From NCBI GenBank assembly GCA_963720545.1, contig OY970399.1, positions 2,432,001-2,496,000 on the forward strand: a stretch of 64,000 nt of DNA. The letters run 5' to 3'. Position 1 is the first letter of the stretch, and each line of letters opens with the position of its first letter. The notes under the pieces were generated by a model. That model worked only from the letters and a program-made list of their open reading frames with translations. It had not been told where the DNA came from and ran no database searches. The translations under genes were made by a program, and so were the position numbers. Source of the DNA: an uncultured Acidobacteriota bacterium. GTDB taxonomy: Bacteria; Acidobacteriota; Vicinamibacteria; Fen-336. Positions 37,607 through 49,000 of this stretch are shown piece by piece.

Positions 37607-40353
37607 GCGACTGGCGCGAGCTGGTGGCGCAACAGGCGCGGCACGACGGCATCTCGCTGCCGTCCGCAACCTGCGACGAGATCGCGCTGCACCTCGAAGA
37701 CCTGCACGAAGCGGCGCTTGGCGCCGGCTGCGATGCCGCCGAGGCGCGGCAGCGCGTGGTCGCAGCACTTGCCGAAGCGCCGCTCGCCGAGCTGCGCCGC
37801 CATGCGGCAAGCGATCCTTCCCTGCGCCGCGAACGAGCGGCGAACGACCTCGCCGCAGCCGCGAGCGGCCGGAGCCTGCAGCTGTGGAGCAACGTGCGCA
37901 CCGCGGTGCGCCAGTTCCGGCAGCATCCGGGTTTCGCGCTCGCCGCGATCCTGGTCCTCGGGCTCGGCACCGGCGCCGCCACCGTCGTCTACAGCCTGGT
38001 CGACTCGATCGTGCTGCGGCCGCTGCCTTACGCCGCGCCCGATCGGCTGGTGACGATGTGGGATACGAACTACGAGAAGGGCCTCGGGCGCGATCCCATT
38101 TCGCCCGTGAACTTCATGGACCAGCGTGCGCTGCCGGTGTTCAAGGACGCGGCAGCGTGGTGGCGGCCGGGCATCAACCTCACCGACTCCGGCCTCGAGC
38201 CGGTGCGCGTGAAGACGATCGAGGTCAGCGGCAACCTGTTCTCGGTGCTGGGCGTCAGCCCGCAGCTTGGCGCCGGCTTTCCCGCCGGCGGGCCGCTGTT
38301 CGTCGCGGGCGAGCGGATAGCGGTCGTCAGCGACCGCCTCTGGCGCACGCGCTACAACGCCGATCCCGGGCTCGTCGGCCGGCACCTGATCCTGAACGAC
38401 ACGCCTTATCAGGTCGTCGGCATCATGCCGCCCGGCTTTCACTATCCGGACAGCGTAGACATCTGGCAGCGGCTGACGTGGGACATGACCCTGCACAGCC
38501 GCCACGCGCACTTCATGGAAGCGGTGCTGCGGCTCGGCGACGGCAAGAGTCTCGAGGAGGCGCGCGCCGCGAGCGATGCGCTGGCGCTGCGCCTCGCCGC
38601 CGATTATCCGGCCAGCAACAAGGCCTGGGGGACGCGCCTGACGCCGCTGCTCGAGGACAAGCTCGGCTACTACCGCCCGGCACTCGTGGTGCTGTTCGGC
38701 GCCGTCGCGCTGCTGCTGGTCATCGGCTGCCTCAACGTCGCTTCGCTGATGCTGACGCGCGCGCTGTCGCGCGAGAAGGAGATTGCGGTGCGGATCGCGC
38801 TCGGCGCCGCACCCCGCCAGCTGGTCACGCAGCTGTTGTGCGAGGGGCTCGTGCTCTCGCTCGGCGGCGCCCTCCTCGGCCTGCTGCTCGCCGCCACCGC
38901 GCTGCCGCTCGCGGTGCGGCTCAGTCCGGTGTCGGTGCCGCGCCTCGAGGAGGCGTCGCTGCGCTTCGGGGCGCTGGGCATTGGCGTGGCCGTGGTGGTT
39001 GCGACGACGCTGCTCTTCGGGCTGATCCCGGCCGCGCTGCTGGTGAAGCGCCGGCTCGCGAGCGACCTGAAAGCCGGCGAGCGCGGCAGTTCGCGCGGCG
39101 CGCGGCGCACCTACTCCGTGCTGGTTGCCGGCGAGGTGGCGCTCGCGTGCGTGCTGCTCGTCAGCTCGGCGTTGTTGGTGCGCACGGTGACGCGCATGAT
39201 CGAGACGCCCACCGGCGTCGATGCCGACGCCGTCGTCACCACCACCGTCCTCATCGAGGCGCAGACCGGCGCCTTCGAGGAATGGCTGAAGGTGGAAAGG
39301 ACGCAGGAAGCGATCCTGGACGCGATCCGCAGCCAGCCGGGAGTGCTGGCCGCAGGCGCCGCGAACCGCCTGCCGCTCGACATCGGCTGGCGCACGCCGT
39401 TCGGCATCGAAGGCGTGCCGGCACCCGCGCGCCCCGAGGATGCGCCGCTCGCGCAGTTCCTGAGCGTCAGCGACGGGTTCTTCGAGAGCATGGGCGCGCG
39501 GCTCGGCGCGGGCCGCACGTTCGCCAGGTTCGACACCGACGAGGCGGCGCCCATCGTGATGGTCAACGAGACCTTCGCGCAGCGTTTCCTTGCCGGCAGC
39601 GATCCGCTGACTCGCGTGATCACCAGCGAAGCCAGCGGCATCGGTCCGCTGGGACGCAACCTGCTGAGAATCCGCGGACCGCGGCCGCCGGGGGGCAGGC
39701 CGCCGTCGCCACCCACCCGCTACCAGGTGATCGGCGTCGTCAGGGACGTGCGCAACGTGCCGCTCGGCCAGGCGATGGAGCCGGCCATCTACTTCACCAC
39801 CCGCCAGTTTCCATTCCAGGAGGTGTTCGTCACCGTGCGCGCCACGAGCACCGGGGCCGCCACCGCGGCGCTGCGCGCGGCACTACGCACGGCCGCGCCG
39901 CAGGTGCCGATGGCGCCGGCCGTTACGTGGGGTGAACGGTTCGCGGAGCGCTCGGCGGAGCCGCGGCTGCTGATGGCGATCCTGGTGTTGTTCGGCAGCC
40001 TCGCCGGGCTGCTCGCCGCGATCGGCGTCTATTCGATGTTTTCCTGGAGCGTCGCGCTGCGCGGCCGCGAGCTCGCGATCCGCCTGGCGCTCGGGGCGCG
40101 GCCGGCTCTCGTCGGCCGGATGATCGTGCGGCAGAGTGCCTTGCTCGTGGGCGCGGGACTCGCCGCCGGCCTGCTGCTGGTGCGCGCCGGCCACGGCGCC
40201 CTCGAGCGGGTGCTCTTCGAGGTGTCGCCCGGCGACCTGCGCGCGACCATGGCTGCGAGCGCGGTGCTGGTGCTGGTCGCCCTGTGCGCCTGCCTGGCGC
40301 CGGCGCTGCGCGCGATGCACGTCGATCCGGCCGCGGGACTGCGCTCGGAGTAA
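37603..40353 (+). CDS. ADOP family duplicated ABC permease with N-terminal helical prefix domain
   Basis: DEIALHLED prefix and two MacB-PCD/FtsX halves (IGCLNVASLML, REKEIAVRIALGA; RELAIRLALGA, VDPAAGLRSE). ATGA overlap with padR. Confidence 0.92.
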   Translation: MSDWRELVAQQARHDGISLPSATCDEIALHLEDLHEAALGAGCDAAEARQRVVAALAEAPLAELRRHAASDPSLRRERAANDLAAAASGRSLQLWSNVRTAVRQFRQHPGFALAAILVLGLGTGAATVVYSLVDSIVLRPLPYAAPDRLVTMWDTNYEKGLGRDPISPVNFMDQRALPVFKDAAAWWRPGINLTDSGLEPVRVKTIEVSGNLFSVLGVSPQLGAGFPAGGPLFVAGERIAVVSDRLWRTRYNADPGLVGRHLILNDTPYQVVGIMPPGFHYPDSVDIWQRLTWDMTLHSRHAHFMEAVLRLGDGKSLEEARAASDALALRLAADYPASNKAWGTRLTPLLEDKLGYYRPALVVLFGAVALLLVIGCLNVASLMLTRALSREKEIAVRIALGAAPRQLVTQLLCEGLVLSLGGALLGLLLAATALPLAVRLSPVSVPRLEEASLRFGALGIGVAVVVATTLLFGLIPAALLVKRRLASDLKAGERGSSRGARRTYSVLVAGEVALACVLLVSSALLVRTVTRMIETPTGVDADAVVTTTVLIEAQTGAFEEWLKVERTQEAILDAIRSQPGVLAAGAANRLPLDIGWRTPFGIEGVPAPARPEDAPLAQFLSVSDGFFESMGARLGAGRTFARFDTDEAAPIVMVNETFAQRFLAGSDPLTRVITSEASGIGPLGRNLLRIRGPRPPGGRPPSPPTRYQVIGVVRDVRNVPLGQAMEPAIYFTTRQFPFQEVFVTVRATSTGAATAALRAALRTAAPQVPMAPAVTWGERFAERSAEPRLLMAILVLFGSLAGLLAAIGVYSMFSWSVALRGRELAIRLALGARPALVGRMIVRQSALLVGAGLAAGLLLVRAGHGALERVLFEVSPGDLRATMAASAVLVLVALCACLAPALRAMHVDPAAGLRSE

Positions 40354-40371
40354 CGCCTGTAACCTCGAGGC

Positions 40372-41709
40372 GTGGCCGACCCGCGCGCGGTGCGCGCCCT
40401 GCGGGAGCACGGTGCCGACGCCGTCTCGTTCCAGGGCCTCGAATCCGGCATGTCGTGGTGGCACGCGCCGCACGGCGACGCCGCGGTCGCGTACCTCGAC
40501 ACCGGCAGGTCGTGGATCGCGGCCGGCCGGCCGCTGACGGCGTCCGCGCGGTGCGCGCCAGCGGCCGCCGCCTTCGCCGCGGCCGCGAAGTGCGCCGGAC
40601 GGCGCCCGGTCTTCTTCGGCGTCGAGAGCCTCGCGCCCTTCGCCGGCATGAAAAGGCTGCAGATCGGGCTGCAGTCGGTGCTCGATCCGGCGCAGTGGCA
40701 AGGCACATTGAGGCGCAGCGCCAAGCTGCGCGAACAGCTGCGGCGAGCGCGCGCCAAGGGCGTCACCATCCGCCTCGTCGCCGCCGCAGAGCTCGCCCCC
40801 GGCGCGCCGCTGCGCGCTGCGGTTATGGCGCTGGCGCGCGCGTGGCTGGCTTCGCGGCGCATGGAGCCGATGACGTTCCTGGTCGCGGTCGAGCCCTTCC
40901 ATGAGCCGCATGAGCACGTCTATCTCGCAGCCGAGCACCGCGGCGCCCTGGTGCAGTTCCTCTCTGCGGTGCCGATCTACGCGCGCGGGGCATGGCTCAT
41001 CGAAGACATGTTGCGTGGCAGGGCGGCGCCGAACGGCACCACCGAACTCCTCCTCGACCGGCTGATGCGCGAAGTCGGTGCGCGCTCTTCGTTCCTCACT
41101 CCCGGCCTGACGCCACTCACCGGCGGGCTGCCGCCCTGGCTCGCCGCCGCGCGCTTCGCCCTGCGGCCGCTCTACGACTTCGATGGTCTGCGCCGCTTTC
41201 GCGCGCGGCTTTTGCCCGCGCGCTGGGAGCCGGTGTGGATGGCGTGGGACCGCGGCATGGCGCCGCTGGTGCTGCTCGACGTGCTGCGCGCCTTCGCCGG
41301 CGGGCGTCTGCTGGAGTTCGGCTGGCGCACGCTGGTGCGCCGTCCCAACGGCCCGCCGTTCGCGCTGGCGCTGCCGCTCGTCGCATGGACGGCGGCGCTC
41401 GCGCTCATCGCCGCCGCCGGGCGACAGCAGCTCCTCGCCTTCAGCGCGCCGGCGCTCTGGGCCTGGGTCGCCTACGACATCGCGCTCCTGGCGATGCTGT
41501 TTCGTGCAGCGAGCCGGCCGTCCGCCGCGCGGCTGCTCGCCGTCACCGCGATGGCGGCACTCGACGCGGTGCTCTCCACTCGTCACCTGGCTGTTACCGG
41601 CCTGGGCGGCGCGGCACTGCCGGCGGCGCTGCGCCTCGCAGCAACCGCCGGGCCGGTCTTCGGCACGCTCGGCCTCGGCCTGACCCTGCTGCGCCTGCGC
41701 AAGTCGTGA
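40372..41709 (+). CDS. DUF2156 / lysylphosphatidylglycerol-synthase-like GNAT domain with C-terminal TM segments
   Basis: WIAAGRP, LREQLRRARAKGV, DMLRGRAAPNGTTELL, LTPL, LYDFDGLRRFRARL and WEP, followed by a hydrophobic C-terminus. Confidence 0.8.
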   Translation: MADPRAVRALREHGADAVSFQGLESGMSWWHAPHGDAAVAYLDTGRSWIAAGRPLTASARCAPAAAAFAAAAKCAGRRPVFFGVESLAPFAGMKRLQIGLQSVLDPAQWQGTLRRSAKLREQLRRARAKGVTIRLVAAAELAPGAPLRAAVMALARAWLASRRMEPMTFLVAVEPFHEPHEHVYLAAEHRGALVQFLSAVPIYARGAWLIEDMLRGRAAPNGTTELLLDRLMREVGARSSFLTPGLTPLTGGLPPWLAAARFALRPLYDFDGLRRFRARLLPARWEPVWMAWDRGMAPLVLLDVLRAFAGGRLLEFGWRTLVRRPNGPPFALALPLVAWTAALALIAAAGRQQLLAFSAPALWAWVAYDIALLAMLFRAASRPSAARLLAVTAMAALDAVLSTRHLAVTGLGGAALPAALRLAATAGPVFGTLGLGLTLLRLRKS

Positions 41710-41754
41710 GCCGCGCCAAGTCGTGGGAGGATTGGCGGCTGGAGGCTATTCGCG

Positions 41755-42330
41755 ATGGCGGGACTGATCGAGGCGATCGACATCAAGCGGCGCACCTTTT
41801 TCGAGAGCGAGGGGGTGCCGTTCACTGCCATCGACGTCGAGATCTCCCGGCCCACGGCGCGCGGCGGCCAGACACTGGTGCGCATCAAGATGCGCAACCT
41901 CATCACCCGTGCGGTCTTCGACCGCACCTACAAGGCCGGCGAGAAGTTCCAGGAGCCCGACCTGGAGATGGTGCCGGCGTCCTATCTCTACGGCGGCAAC
42001 GACGGCTACAACTTCATGGACCAGAACACCTACGACACCCTGACGCTCGGCGCGGACATGATCGGCGACGACCGGCAGCTGCTGGTCGAGAACATGCTGG
42101 TGCAGATCCAGAAATTCAACGGCCGCCCCATCGGCGTGTCTTTGCCGCAGCACGTCGAGCTCAGCGTCGCCTCCACCGAGCCGGCCGTGCGCGGCGACAC
42201 CGCGAGCGGCGGGGCCACCAAGATCGCGGTGCTCGAGACCGGGCTTGCGGTGCGCGTGCCGCTGTTCATCGAGGAAGGCGAGCGCGTGCGCGTGCACACC
42301 GAGACGCGCGAGTTCGTCGGCCGGGCCTAG
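41755..42330 (+). CDS. Elongation factor P family protein with EfpL/YeiP-type loop
   Basis: SYLY, FMDQNTYD, RGDTA and LETG.VRVPLFI.EGE motifs. The loop reads RPTARGG rather than PGKG. Confidence 0.9.
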   Translation: MAGLIEAIDIKRRTFFESEGVPFTAIDVEISRPTARGGQTLVRIKMRNLITRAVFDRTYKAGEKFQEPDLEMVPASYLYGGNDGYNFMDQNTYDTLTLGADMIGDDRQLLVENMLVQIQKFNGRPIGVSLPQHVELSVASTEPAVRGDTASGGATKIAVLETGLAVRVPLFIEEGERVRVHTETREFVGRA

Positions 42331-42334
42331 CCCG

Positions 42335-44476
42335 CTAGCGGCCGCCGGTCTCGCTGCCGCGCAGCCCGCGCAACAGCTCGGCGTTGCGCCGCACTGCGGC
42401 TTCGAGGGTGTTCGCCTGCTGCTGCGCGACCGGCCAGTTCGACGCCTCGACCGCTTCGGTCAGCCCCGGCAGCTCCAGGTGCGCGTAGGTGAAGCGCGCC
42501 GCGTACACCATGTGCTTGAACCACGGCCGGCCCGGAATGCCGTCGGGGTTCAGCCAGTTGCCTTCGACCGCCATCAGCGCCTTGTTGAGCGCGGCTTTCG
42601 ACTCGTCGCTTAGCGGCGCGCGCAGCGACGCCGCCAGGTACGCGTTGGCGTCGGCGCCAGCCGTCTCGAACGCGGTGAGCGCCGTGAGCAGCGGCTTGAA
42701 GTCGACCTTCGCCGCGGCCCCGGGCTTCGCCGCGACCTCGTTCGTGAAGGCGCGCATGTGCTTCGCGTACAGCGCGAAGTCGAACGGCAGGAGCTCGGCA
42801 TTCGCGAGGCGCAGGCCCACCACGCCCCAGAGCTGCGCCATCAGCGTGTGGTACTTGTAGCCGGGATCGCCAAAGCGGTTCATCCAGTAGAAGTTGTCGT
42901 AGGCCGAGTGGTAGACGCCGTAGTCGCCGTCGAAGCCGAGCAGCATGGTGGGCCGGCCGAGGAAGTTGAGGAACACCGTGTGGTCGGAGCCGCTGCCGAT
43001 CCTGGTGTCGGTGAGCTCGTCGTCGCCGATCGACTTCGCGCCGCGCCGCGCCGCGGCACTCTTCTTCCAGGCGTCGTAGAGCGAGCTTCCCGAAGGATCC
43101 TTGAGCGTCCTGGTGGCCTCGACCAGCATCGGCGCCAGCGACGGCACGCTGCTCGCGTCGAGCCGCGGACCCGAGGTGGACGAGTCGACGTTGAGGTACG
43201 CGACCATCTTTTCCCTGAGTGCGTCCGCGAACTGCTCGCCCCATTCGGTCGAGCCGGTGAGGCCGACCTCCTCGCCGTCCCAGCTGCAGAAGACCAGCGT
43301 GCGCCGCGGCCGCACGCCGACCCTCAGCAGCGCGCCGAGCCCGCGTGTCAGCTCCATCATCGACGCCGTGCCGCTCGACGGGTCGACGCCGCCGAACTCC
43401 CAGGCGTCGCGGTGATTGCCGAACACCACCCAGTCGTCGGGCAGCTCGCTGCCACGAATGCGCGCCTCGACCACGTAGTTGGGCAGGATGTTCGTGTCCA
43501 TGTCGATCTTGAGGTGCACGCGGCCGACGCCGCCGAGCCGGTAGCGGATGGGCAGCCCGCCCTGCCAGTCTTTCGGCGCCAGCGGACCGCCCATGTTCGC
43601 GAGCAGCGGCCTGGCGTCGCGCCACGACAGCGCCAGCGCCATGATCTTCGGCAGCGACTGCGCTTCGCTGCCCGCCACCCGCACGGCGGTCTCGACCGAG
43701 GCATAGCCGGGCGTCAGCGGGTCGCCGGGCACGATGAAGTCGTAGGTGATGGCGCCGCGCTGGATGTGGCTCTCCGGACCCCACGGCCCGTTGGGATAGA
43801 CCTTGCCCCTCTTGAAGCCGTCCTCGGCCGGATCGGAATAGATGAGGATGGCCGCCGCGCCTTCGCGCTGCGCCGTCAGCGCCTTGAAGCCGCGGTAACT
43901 GTACGGGTTCGAGTAGCGCACCAGCACGATCTTGCCGCGCACGTCGATGCCGCTCATCTTCAGGTGCGCGTAGTCCTCGGGGTTGCCGCCGCGCGCGTAC
44001 ACGATCGGCGCCGTGACCTCGCCGGAGCGCGACATGCCGAGGTAGGCGCCGCGGATCCGCGGGTTGGCGGTGTCGGGATCTTCCGGGTAAACGTCCTCGC
44101 GCAGGCTCGCGACGTACCTGACCGGCGACACCATGTCGAGGGCGATCTCGCGCGGGTACGAGTTGAGGACGTCGTAGCGGCGGATGACGATGTCCTCGAG
44201 CCCCTGGTCTTTCCACGTGTCGGCGATGTACTGGGCCAGCTCGTTGTTGCGCGTCGAGCCCGCCGGGTGCGGTTCGGACGTGAACACGCGGTGGAAGTCG
44301 CGCGCCGACTCGGGCGTCGGGATCGCCGTGAAACGGGCCTCCACGGCCAGCTGGCGGGCCGCGGCCGCCGTGCCGAAGCCGAGGATGCCGGCACTCGCCG
44401 GCGCGGCCGCGTCCTGCGCGGAACCCGCGGGCAGGACCGCCGCCGCGAACAACACGAGTGCTGCGGGAATTCTCAA
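42335..44476 (-). CDS. M28 peptidase, glutamate carboxypeptidase II-like, with PA and transferrin-receptor dimerisation domains
   Basis: [31 protein letters not shown] and YHSAYD. TTG start overlaps the upstream stop. Confidence 0.9.
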   Translation of the reverse strand: MRIPAALVLFAAAVLPAGSAQDAAAPASAGILGFGTAAAARQLAVEARFTAIPTPESARDFHRVFTSEPHPAGSTRNNELAQYIADTWKDQGLEDIVIRRYDVLNSYPREIALDMVSPVRYVASLREDVYPEDPDTANPRIRGAYLGMSRSGEVTAPIVYARGGNPEDYAHLKMSGIDVRGKIVLVRYSNPYSYRGFKALTAQREGAAAILIYSDPAEDGFKRGKVYPNGPWGPESHIQRGAITYDFIVPGDPLTPGYASVETAVRVAGSEAQSLPKIMALALSWRDARPLLANMGGPLAPKDWQGGLPIRYRLGGVGRVHLKIDMDTNILPNYVVEARIRGSELPDDWVVFGNHRDAWEFGGVDPSSGTASMMELTRGLGALLRVGVRPRRTLVFCSWDGEEVGLTGSTEWGEQFADALREKMVAYLNVDSSTSGPRLDASSVPSLAPMLVEATRTLKDPSGSSLYDAWKKSAAARRGAKSIGDDELTDTRIGSGSDHTVFLNFLGRPTMLLGFDGDYGVYHSAYDNFYWMNRFGDPGYKYHTLMAQLWGVVGLRLANAELLPFDFALYAKHMRAFTNEVAAKPGAAAKVDFKPLLTALTAFETAGADANAYLAASLRAPLSDESKAALNKALMAVEGNWLNPDGIPGRPWFKHMVYAARFTYAHLELPGLTEAVEASNWPVAQQQANTLEAAVRRNAELLRGLRGSETGGR

Positions 44477-45384
44477 CTGGTGGCCACCTGTTCGGCGAGG
44501 GCAATGGCGCCGAGCGAGCCGGCACGGTTGCCGAGGCCCGGCGCGACGATGAAATTGTCGAGGTCCGCGAGCAGCTGCGGCGCGCGGATGTAATTGTTGA
44601 GCCACGCGGCCACCGCGGCGCGGATCGCGGGGAACAGGGCCGCATTCGCCATCACGCCGCCGCCGAGGACGATGCGCTGCGGCGACAGCGTGCACACGAA
44701 CGTGGCGAGCGCCGACGCGAGATAGCCGGCTTCGAGCGCCCAAGCGGGATGATCGGCGGGGAGCGTTTCGGCCGGCACACCCCAGCGCTCCTTCATCGCG
44801 GTACCGCTCGCGAGTCCCTCGAGGCAGTCGCCGTGATAGGGGCAGCACCCCGGATACGGGTCCTGCGTGCGGTCGTGGCGAACCGGGATGTGGCCCATTT
44901 CCGGGTGCACGAGGCCGTGCATCCTCTGCCCGTCGAGGACGCCGCCGCCGCCGATGCCGGTGCCTATCGTCATATAGAGGAACGAATCGAGGCCTTGCGC
45001 GGCGCCCCAGCGCCCCTCCGCCAGCGCGGCCCCGTTCACGTCGGTGTCGAATCCTACTGGAACGCCGAGCGCGCGGCGCGCGGCCTCGACGATCGCCACA
45101 TTCGCCCAGCCGGGCTTGGGGGTCGAGGTGATGCATCCGTAGCTGGGCGAGGCGGCTCGCAGGTCGATCGGCCCGAACGATGCGATGCCCACGGCCCGCA
45201 GGCGGCCGTGCTGCGCGTGCTGGGCGGCAAGGAACTCGAGCGAGCGGGCGAGGGTCTCGGCCGGGGTGGTGGTGGGGAAGCGAGCCTCGGCGCGGATGTC
45301 GTCGGGCCCGGTGCCCACGAGGCAGACGAACTTGGTGCCGCCCGCCTCGATGCCGCCGAAGGGCTCCTGCGTCATTTCCGTCAC
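44473..45384 (-). CDS. ROK family sugar kinase, fructokinase-like
   Basis: [30 protein letters not shown] and [14 protein letters not shown]. Confidence 0.9.
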   Translation of the reverse strand: MTEMTQEPFGGIEAGGTKFVCLVGTGPDDIRAEARFPTTTPAETLARSLEFLAAQHAQHGRLRAVGIASFGPIDLRAASPSYGCITSTPKPGWANVAIVEAARRALGVPVGFDTDVNGAALAEGRWGAAQGLDSFLYMTIGTGIGGGGVLDGQRMHGLVHPEMGHIPVRHDRTQDPYPGCCPYHGDCLEGLASGTAMKERWGVPAETLPADHPAWALEAGYLASALATFVCTLSPQRIVLGGGVMANAALFPAIRAAVAAWLNNYIRAPQLLADLDNFIVAPGLGNRAGSLGAIALAEQVATS

Positions 45385-45998
45385 TCGGCTTCGTCGAACG
45401 AGACGAGACCGGTTTCGAGCGAATACTCGGCGCCCACCACCAGCAGCCCCTGGTCGCGGATCAGTTGCTCGATGATCTGCGACCCGCGCCGCAGGTGGCG
45501 CACCGACTCGCGGATGTTGGCGCGCACCCCCTGCGCGACCAGCTGCTCGAAGTCGCCACCCCAGCCCGACTGCAGCAGCGCGCCCACCGAAGGCCGCACG
45601 AAGTCGACGATCGAGCGGATGCTCTCCGAGTGGCTGGTCTCCGGCCGCAGCAGCTGTTCGAGGGTCGCGAGCACCACGCCGCAGCGGGAATGGCCGAGCA
45701 CCACCACCAGCCGCGTGCCGAAGCGCGCGGCCGCGAACTCGACGCTGCCGACCTGCGACGGCGCCACGATGTTGCCGGCGACGCGGATGACGAACAGGTC
45801 GCCGAGGCCCTGGTCGAAGACGATCTCGGCGGGCACCCGCGAGTCGGAGCAGCCGAGGATGATGGCGAATGGCTCCTGGCTTTGCGCGAGCTCGGCGCGC
45901 CGCGCCTGGCTGAGGTAGGAAGAAGCGCCGCCGCGGTTCGCGGCGAACCGCTCGTTGCCTTCGCGGAGTTGCCGGAGGGCGTCGCGGGCGTTGACCAT
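45381..45998 (-). CDS. Beta-class carbonic anhydrase
   Basis: GNERF, CSDSR, RVAGN and GHSRCG. Confidence 0.94.
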   Translation of the reverse strand: MVNARDALRQLREGNERFAANRGGASSYLSQARRAELAQSQEPFAIILGCSDSRVPAEIVFDQGLGDLFVIRVAGNIVAPSQVGSVEFAAARFGTRLVVVLGHSRCGVVLATLEQLLRPETSHSESIRSIVDFVRPSVGALLQSGWGGDFEQLVAQGVRANIRESVRHLRRGSQIIEQLIRDQGLLVVGAEYSLETGLVSFDEAE

Positions 45999-46022
45999 GC
46001 TGCCGCGCAGTCTACTAAGAGG

Positions 46023-49000
46023 TCAGAGTCCGAGCGGCGCCTGGACGAACACCGTGGTGCCGCGGCCGGGGCTGCTCTCGATCTCGAGGCGGCCGCCGAT
46101 GAAGGCGGCGCGCTCGTGCATGCCGAGGAGGCCGATGCCGCGCTCCTGCGCGCCGGTGGCGCTCTCGCCCTTCTGGAAGCCGACGCCGTCGTCCTCGATC
46201 ACCAGCACCACCTCGTCGCCGCGCCGCTCGAGGATCACGCCCACCCGCGCCGCATGCGCGTGCTTGTAGACGTTGTTGAGGGCCTCCTGCGCGATGCGGT
46301 AGAGGTTCGTCTCCACCTCGAAGGCGAGCCGCACCGAGTCGAGGCCGCTGCCGTGGTAGTCGGCCGGGATGCCGAATTCCTTCGACCATTCGCGCACGAA
46401 GTCGGCGAGCGTCGCGACCAGGCCGAGGTCGTCGAGCGCCGCGGGCCGCAGCTCCCAGGTGAAGAAGTCGAGGTCGCGGTCGAGGCGCGCGATGGTCTTG
46501 CGCGCCTCGGCGATCGCCGCGCGCAGCGCCGGGTCCTGCGGCGACAGCTCGTTCAGTGCGTCGATGCGCAAGCCGAGGCCGGCAACCTGCTGGCCCAGGT
46601 GATCGTGCAGGTCGCGGGCGATGCGGCTGCGTTCGTCCTCCTGCACGGTGATCAGCCGCCGCATCAGGCTTCGGATCTCGTCCTCGGCCGCGTGCCGCTC
46701 CTGCAGCTTGGCATCGAGCTCCGCGTTCGCCGCGCCGAGCTCGGCGGTGCGCTGCTCGACGCGCGTCTCGAGCTCGCCGTGCGCCTCGAGCAGGGTGTCT
46801 TCGAGGCGCTTGCGCTCCGTGAGGTCGCGCGCGATGGTGACGAAACCGACGAGCGCGCCGCCGCTGTCGCGCAGCGCCACGATCTCGCCGCTCGCGAAGA
46901 AGCGCGAGCCGTCCTCGCGCAGGAGCCAGCGCTCGTTGCTCGCCTGGCCCTCGCTCCCGGCGCGTGCCAGCTCGGCGCGCGGCACCTCCGCGAGGCGGTC
47001 CTCGGGGGTGAACAGCACGTCGATGGGCCGGCCCACCGCCTGGTCCTCGCGGTAGCCGAACATGCGCTCGGCGCCCGGGTTCCAGCTGTCGATGCGGCCG
47101 CCGAGGTCGGTGGTGAAGATCGCGTAGTCGGTGGCGCTCTCGAGGATGAGGCGCAGGCGCCGTTCGCTGCCTTGCAGCTCTTCGGCGCGGCGCTGCTCGC
47201 TCAGGTCGATCACGAAGCCGACCGCCTCGTCCGGACCGAGGCGGGTGGCCGTGAACAGGCTCCACCAGCGGCTGCCGTCGCGGCGCAGCAGCAGCTGTTC
47301 GCGCGGCGCGATCCTGCCGGTGTCCAAAAGCTGCCGCATCGCGGCGCCGGTGCGCGCGCGCTCCTCGGGCGGAATCATCGCCTGCCATTGCACCCGGCGG
47401 TGGCTGAGGTCCGCCGAGTCATGGCCGGTCATGCGCAGGAAGGCCTCGTTGGCGTCGATCACCACGCCGGTGCTGGTGAAGAACAAGACGCCCACGGTCT
47501 CGATGCCGATGGCGCGCCGCAGCCGCTCTTCCGAGGCGCGCAGCGCCTGTTCGGTGCGCCGGCGCTCGGTGATGTCGACGAACGTCAGCACCACGCCGCC
47601 GATGCGTTCCTCGGCGGTGCGGTAAGGAAGGATGCGCATGAGCTGCCAGCGGCCGTCGCGCGTCGCGACCTCGCGCTCGACGCGTTCCAGGCGCTCCAGC
47701 ACCAGGGCGATGTCGTCCTGGAGTTCGGGGGCGACCAGCCAGCTGTTGATGTCGGAGAGCGGCCGGCCGCGATCGGCAGGTATCAGCGTGAACACGTCGC
47801 GCGCGCGCGGCGTGAACAGCTTCACGTGCGACTGGCGGTCGAGGAAGATGGTGCCGATCTCGGTGGAGTTGATCAGGTTGCGAATGTCGTCGTTCGCCTG
47901 GACTTGCTCCTCGACCTTGATCTTCAGCTCCTGGTTGACGGTGCGCAGCTCCTCGTTCAGCGACTGCAGTTCTTCCTTGCTCGTCTCCAGCTCCTCGGCC
48001 GACGAGCGCATCTCTTCGTTGATCGCCTGCAGCTCCTCGTTCGACGCCTGCAGTTCCTCGGCCTGGGTCTCATGATGCTCGACGGTGGCGCGGTGCAGTG
48101 CCTGCAGGCGCTGCAGCTCCGCCTCGAGATGGCGCACGGCGTCGTCGCCGCCGAGTTGCTCCGCCTTCGTGGCGGGCGTGAGCAGCGCGTCCGATGCCAG
48201 CTCGTGGAACAAGACCAGGAAGAAGCCCGCCGCGGGATCGCCGGCGCCCAGCACCGGCCGCACCGTGAGGTCGACGACCACCTGCCCCGAGTCGAGTTCC
48301 AGCGTGAGCCCCCGGGCCTCGACGGTCACGCGCTGCTGCGCGGCGTGGTGGAGCGCGGTGCGCAATTCGAGGCGCAGCGCGGGACGGACGGCGCGCAGCA
48401 GGTTGTAAGTCGGGTCGCCGCCGGCGATCTGCAGGTAACGGCCGGCGCGGTCGGACACGTGGACGATGTCGAACCGCTCGTTGACCACGACCGACGGCGG
48501 CGCGTACTGCTCCAGGAGGCGCTGGTGCAGTTCCGCCGTCGACATGTGTTCCCGGGCGCCGTGCATCGCGAGCGCCGGCGCGAGGCCGGGCACCCGGTTC
48601 TCGCCAGCGACCCGCAGTTCCGGGATGACCACGTTGAGGCGCGGCGCGGCCGCGCGGCTGTTGAAGAGGCATGCCTCCTTGTCGACCGTGGCGAACAGGT
48701 CGCCGGCACCCTCGATCGACTCGGAGGAGCCGAGGAACAGGAACCCGCCGGCGTTCAGCGCGAAGTGCGACATCTCCAACACCTGCTGCTGCGCGGTGCG
48801 GTTCAGGTAGATGAGCAGGTTGCGGCACGAAATGAGGTCGAGGTGCGAGAACGGCGGATCCTTGACCACGTTGTGGTGGGCGAACAGGACCATTTCGCGC
48901 AGCTCCTTGCGCACGCGGTAGCGCTCGCCCTCCTTGGCGAAGAAGCGCCGCAGCCGCTCGGGGGCCACGTCGGCGCAGTCGTTGAGCGTGTAGAGGCCAT

